From Gemmatimonadota bacterium (GTDB lineage: Bacteria > Latescibacterota > UBA2968 > UBA8231), in NCBI GenBank assembly GCA_038128265.1, contig JAYPJE010000040.1, positions 1 through 10,184 of the forward strand: DNA of 10,184 nt, given 5' to 3'. The position numbers and the translations under genes are program-made. Below are positions 8,261-10,184 of this stretch, one piece after another; positions within the stretch are counted from its first letter, which is position 1; the number at the start of each line of letters is the position of its first letter. The notes beneath the pieces were generated by a model. The model did no database searches, was not told the DNA's origin, and saw only the letters and a program-made list of their open reading frames with translations.

Positions 8261-8721
8261 TTGACCTGGTGAATGACGTAGGTGACGACGCCCCAGACCT
8301 CGAAGTCCATCTCTTCGCTGAGCGCAATGGGCGGCATGCGCTCGTTCTCGGACGCCAAGAAAACGGCGCCCTCCCGTTTGCATATGCGCTTGACGGTAAA
8401 CTCGCCGTCGAGCACGGCTACGACGACGGATCCATCCGCCGGGCTTTCCGCTCGATCGACCACCAGCGTATCGCCGGGATGGATACCGGCACCGATCATC
8501 GACTCGCCTTCGACGCGCACGAAAAACGTGGCCGCTGGATGGCGAATGATCAAATCGTTGAGATCGAGTCCGTCGTCGAGGTAGTCGTTGGCCGGCGAGG
8601 GAAAGCCCGCCGGAATGCGGCAAGCGAAAAAGGGAATGGGCGCGTGCGAACGAGGTGCATAGGGTGTAATGTATGCGCCGCCAACGGCGCGTACATCGGT
8701 GTAGCGGGAGTGGGCGTTCAT
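8257..8721 (-). CDS. umuD: DNA polymerase V accessory subunit UmuD (S24 autopeptidase)
   Basis: IPAGFPSPA Ala-Gly cleavage site, catalytic Ser in GESM and Lys in FTVKR, C-terminal WGVVTYVIH. No HTH domain, so not LexA. ATG 8721 has AAAGGT 6 nt upstream; the alternative start is 8751. Confidence 0.93.
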   Translation of the reverse strand: MNAHSRYTDVRAVGGAYITPYAPRSHAPIPFFACRIPAGFPSPANDYLDDGLDLNDLIIRHPAATFFVRVEGESMIGAGIHPGDTLVVDRAESPADGSVVVAVLDGEFTVKRICKREGAVFLASENERMPPIALSEEMDFEVWGVVTYVIHQVK

Positions 8722-8756
8722 AGATTTACCTTTATGTGCCAATGCGGTCATATTTA

Positions 8757-8780
8757 AATACTATACAAATGTATAGTATT
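8757..8780. promoter_or_regulatory. Perfect palindromic operator, probable SOS-type repressor box
   Basis: AATACTATACA-AA-TGTATAGTATT is an 11-bp perfect inverted repeat with a 2-bp spacer, about 35 bp upstream of the umuD ATG. It overlaps the predicted -10 element. Confidence 0.75.
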
Positions 8781-8798
8781 AGACCCGTAAACTGTCAA
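8770..8798 (-). promoter_or_regulatory. Sigma70-type promoter for umuDC
   Basis: The minus strand reads TTGACA (8798-8793), a 17-bp spacer, then TATACA (8775-8770). That is a perfect -35 and a 4/6 -10 lying inside the palindrome. Confidence 0.6.
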
Positions 8799-8909
8799 TG
8801 GCAGCACGGCGCACGCCAAGCGCGTGATCCCCACGACGACGTCGGCCCATGCCAGTTGCGCACAAGGCGTGCGCGCCTTTCTTTGGTGAATCACAGCGAA
8901 AGGGTACTC

Positions 8910-9746
8910 TTGCTACAGCACACATTCTGTCACGCACCCGGCCTGGGGCCACAAAATGAACGCCTGCTCTGGGAAAAGGGCCTGCACACCTGGCGCGATG
9001 TGATCTGGGCAGAAGAAGTCCCGCTCACACCGCAAAAAGCGGATGCGCTGATCGACACCGCGCGGCGCTCGACGCACCATCTGAGCGAGCGCAATCCGCA
9101 TTTCTTTTATGAGAATCTGCCGACGCGCGAGCACTGGCGCATGTTTGGCGAATTTCGCGGCGACACGGCGTATTTCGATATCGAGACTACGGGGCTGGGC
9201 AATCCGGACGACTACATTACGACCATTGTGCTCTACGACGGACGCCAGCTGCGCCACTACGTGCACGGAATTAATATGGATGCGTTTCCCAACGACGTGG
9301 CGCGTTACAAAGTCCTCGTCAGCTACAACGGCAAGAGCTTTGATGCACCCTTTGTTCGCCGCTGCTTAGGTGCCCCACTGGACCAACCCCACATCGACCT
9401 GCGCTACGTGCTCGGCAGCCTAGGCCTCAAGGGAGGGCTGAAAGGCTGCGAGCGCCAGCTCGGTATCGACCGCTGCGGTCTAGAGGATATCGACGGCTTC
9501 TTTGCCGTTATTCTATGGAACGAGTATCGGCAGCGCGGCGATGAAAAGGCCCTGCACACGCTGCTGGCCTATAACGCGCTCGACGTCATCAACCTGGAGG
9601 CGCTGATGGTCATAGCCTACAACCAAAAGCTGGCGACCACGCCCTTTGCCGAGCGCGTCCTGCCGGCACCGGCGCCACAGCCGCTGCCCTTTGCCGCCGA
9701 CCAGCCGACGATTCGCCGTCTCAAATTGCAGTATGGAATGCAATAA
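8910..9746 (+). CDS. YprB/MrfB-like RNase H-fold DEDDy 3'-5' exonuclease (RNase_H_2) with N-terminal HhH-like motif
   Basis: ExoI YFDIETTGL, ExoII SYNGKSFDAPF, HIDL, GGLKGCERQLG, ExoIII YNALDV, and N-terminal HAPGLGPQNERLLW. The likely start is TTG at 8910 with AAGGG 6 nt upstream (278 aa). The longer ORF start at 8736 runs through the operator. Confidence 0.85.
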   Translation: MLQHTFCHAPGLGPQNERLLWEKGLHTWRDVIWAEEVPLTPQKADALIDTARRSTHHLSERNPHFFYENLPTREHWRMFGEFRGDTAYFDIETTGLGNPDDYITTIVLYDGRQLRHYVHGINMDAFPNDVARYKVLVSYNGKSFDAPFVRRCLGAPLDQPHIDLRYVLGSLGLKGGLKGCERQLGIDRCGLEDIDGFFAVILWNEYRQRGDEKALHTLLAYNALDVINLEALMVIAYNQKLATTPFAERVLPAPAPQPLPFAADQPTIRRLKLQYGMQ

Positions 9747-9787
9747 AAAACGGCTCCGGGTGCCATGCCCGGAGCCATTTTTTATTG
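9741..9787. terminator. Bidirectional rho-independent terminator
   Basis: CAATAAAAAA-C-GGCTCCGGG-TGCCATG-CCCGGAGCC-A-TTTTTTATTG: a 9-bp GC stem with an A-tract and a T-tract on either side, between convergent genes. Confidence 0.9.
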
Positions 9788-9813
9788 GAGGTTTTGGTGC
9801 GTTTTGCTGGCGT

Positions 9814-10184
9814 TTACCAGCGACCGCGACGCCCCGCGCGGTGGTAAAAAGCCTCGTCCTTCATCTCTTCTAATTCGCTGCGCTGCTCCTTGGTCAGCAC
9901 CTTTTCCACCGCTTCGTGGTGCTTTTTGGCCAGCGCCTGCATTGCTTCGCGCTGCTTTTTGGCCAGCGCCTGTGTCTCTTCGCGCTGCTTCTGGCGCAGC
10001 GTTCGAACCTGCTCTCTCTGCTCGTCGCTCAGGTCGAGCTGAGCAAAGGGCCTTTGAGCGGGGCCGCGCTGCCCCCAGCCGCGACCGTGCATTGCCGGAC
10101 GGCCCCAACCCATGCGATCGCCGCGATCCCAGCCGCGACCATGCATCGCCGGACCACCCTTGCCGCGACCGTGCATCGCCGGAC
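9814..10184 (-). CDS. Spy/CpxP (LTXXQ-motif) family protein, 5'-truncated
   Basis: The frame is open to the window edge. It has LDLSDEQREQVR and VLTKEQRSEL LTxxQ-like motifs flanking a charged helical segment, preceded by a G/R/M/H-rich low-complexity region as in Spy-like proteins. Confidence 0.7.
   Translation of the reverse strand, partial: PAMHGRGKGGPAMHGRGWDRGDRMGWGRPAMHGRGWGQRGPAQRPFAQLDLSDEQREQVRTLRQKQREETQALAKKQREAMQALAKKHHEAVEKVLTKEQRSELEEMKDEAFYHRAGRRGRW
9920..9990. repeat. 33-bp period tandem duplication inside the Spy-like gene (11-aa repeat)
   Basis: TGCTTTTTGGCCAGCGCCTG is exact at 9920-9939 and 9953-9972. CTTCGCGCTGCTT occurs at 9945-9957 and 9978-9990. The region encodes QKQREETQALA/KKQREAMQALA/KKHHEAVEKVL. 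Confidence 0.85.
10078..10184. repeat. Three copies of a 23-bp coding repeat (xPAMHGRG)
   Basis: GCCGCGACCRTGCATYGCCGGAC at 10078-10100, 10132-10154 and 10162-10184. The offsets of 54 and 30 bp are multiples of 3. Confidence 0.9.

Noticed and set aside
8261..8623. 121-aa N-terminal extension of UmuC in the ORF track (539 aa), or a frameshifted UmuD-UmuC fusion
   Set aside because: The extension is Arg-rich off-frame translation of umuD. UmuC homology begins at the ATG at 8260, which overlaps the umuD stop in the usual ATGA coupling, and I saw no slippery site.
8257..8721. LexA or an Acinetobacter UmuDAb-like self-repressor
   Set aside because: Fewer than 40 residues precede the Ala-Gly site from the 8721 start and there is no HTH-like segment, so the repressor of the palindrome is probably encoded elsewhere.
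7004..8780. umuDC as a marker of an ICE, prophage or plasmid
   Set aside because: No integrase, transposase, att/tRNA site or phage gene is present in the window, and the composition looks similar to neighbouring genes.
8736..8909. Longer N-terminus for the exonuclease (336-aa ORF)
   Set aside because: It runs through the operator and promoter and does not look like family sequence. The TTG at 8910 has an RBS and matches where the family-like sequence begins.
10078..10184. 23-bp repeats as a CRISPR array
   Set aside because: Spacers are unequal (31 and 7 bp), offsets keep the reading frame, the repeats encode a peptide motif inside a CDS, and there are no cas genes in the window.

Overview
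A GC-rich bacterial window with three gene blocks. (1) A closely spaced minus-strand run, 6773->16: a fused double-DUF1538 membrane protein, a 370-aa protein that appears to contain three tandem P-II-like domains, and four catabolic enzymes (PhyH-type Fe/2OG dioxygenase, HpcH/HpaI aldolase, D-2-hydroxyacid dehydrogenase, amidohydrolase/lactonase-like protein). (2) A translationally coupled umuD-umuC (DNA polymerase V) pair on the minus strand, divergent from a YprB/RNase_H_2-type DEDDy exonuclease. Between them is a perfect 24-bp AT-rich palindrome overlapping a TTGACA-N17-TATACA promoter; it looks like a non-canonical SOS box (CTAT-N8-ATAG). (3) A bidirectional terminator and the 3' part of a Spy/CpxP-like gene with internal repeats, cut by the window edge. 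I saw no RNA genes, CRISPR arrays or mobile elements. The best candidates for novelty are the DUF1538-fusion/triple-P-II module and the variant SOS operator with its Pol V/exonuclease divergon. All family calls come from motif recognition by eye; no searches were run.
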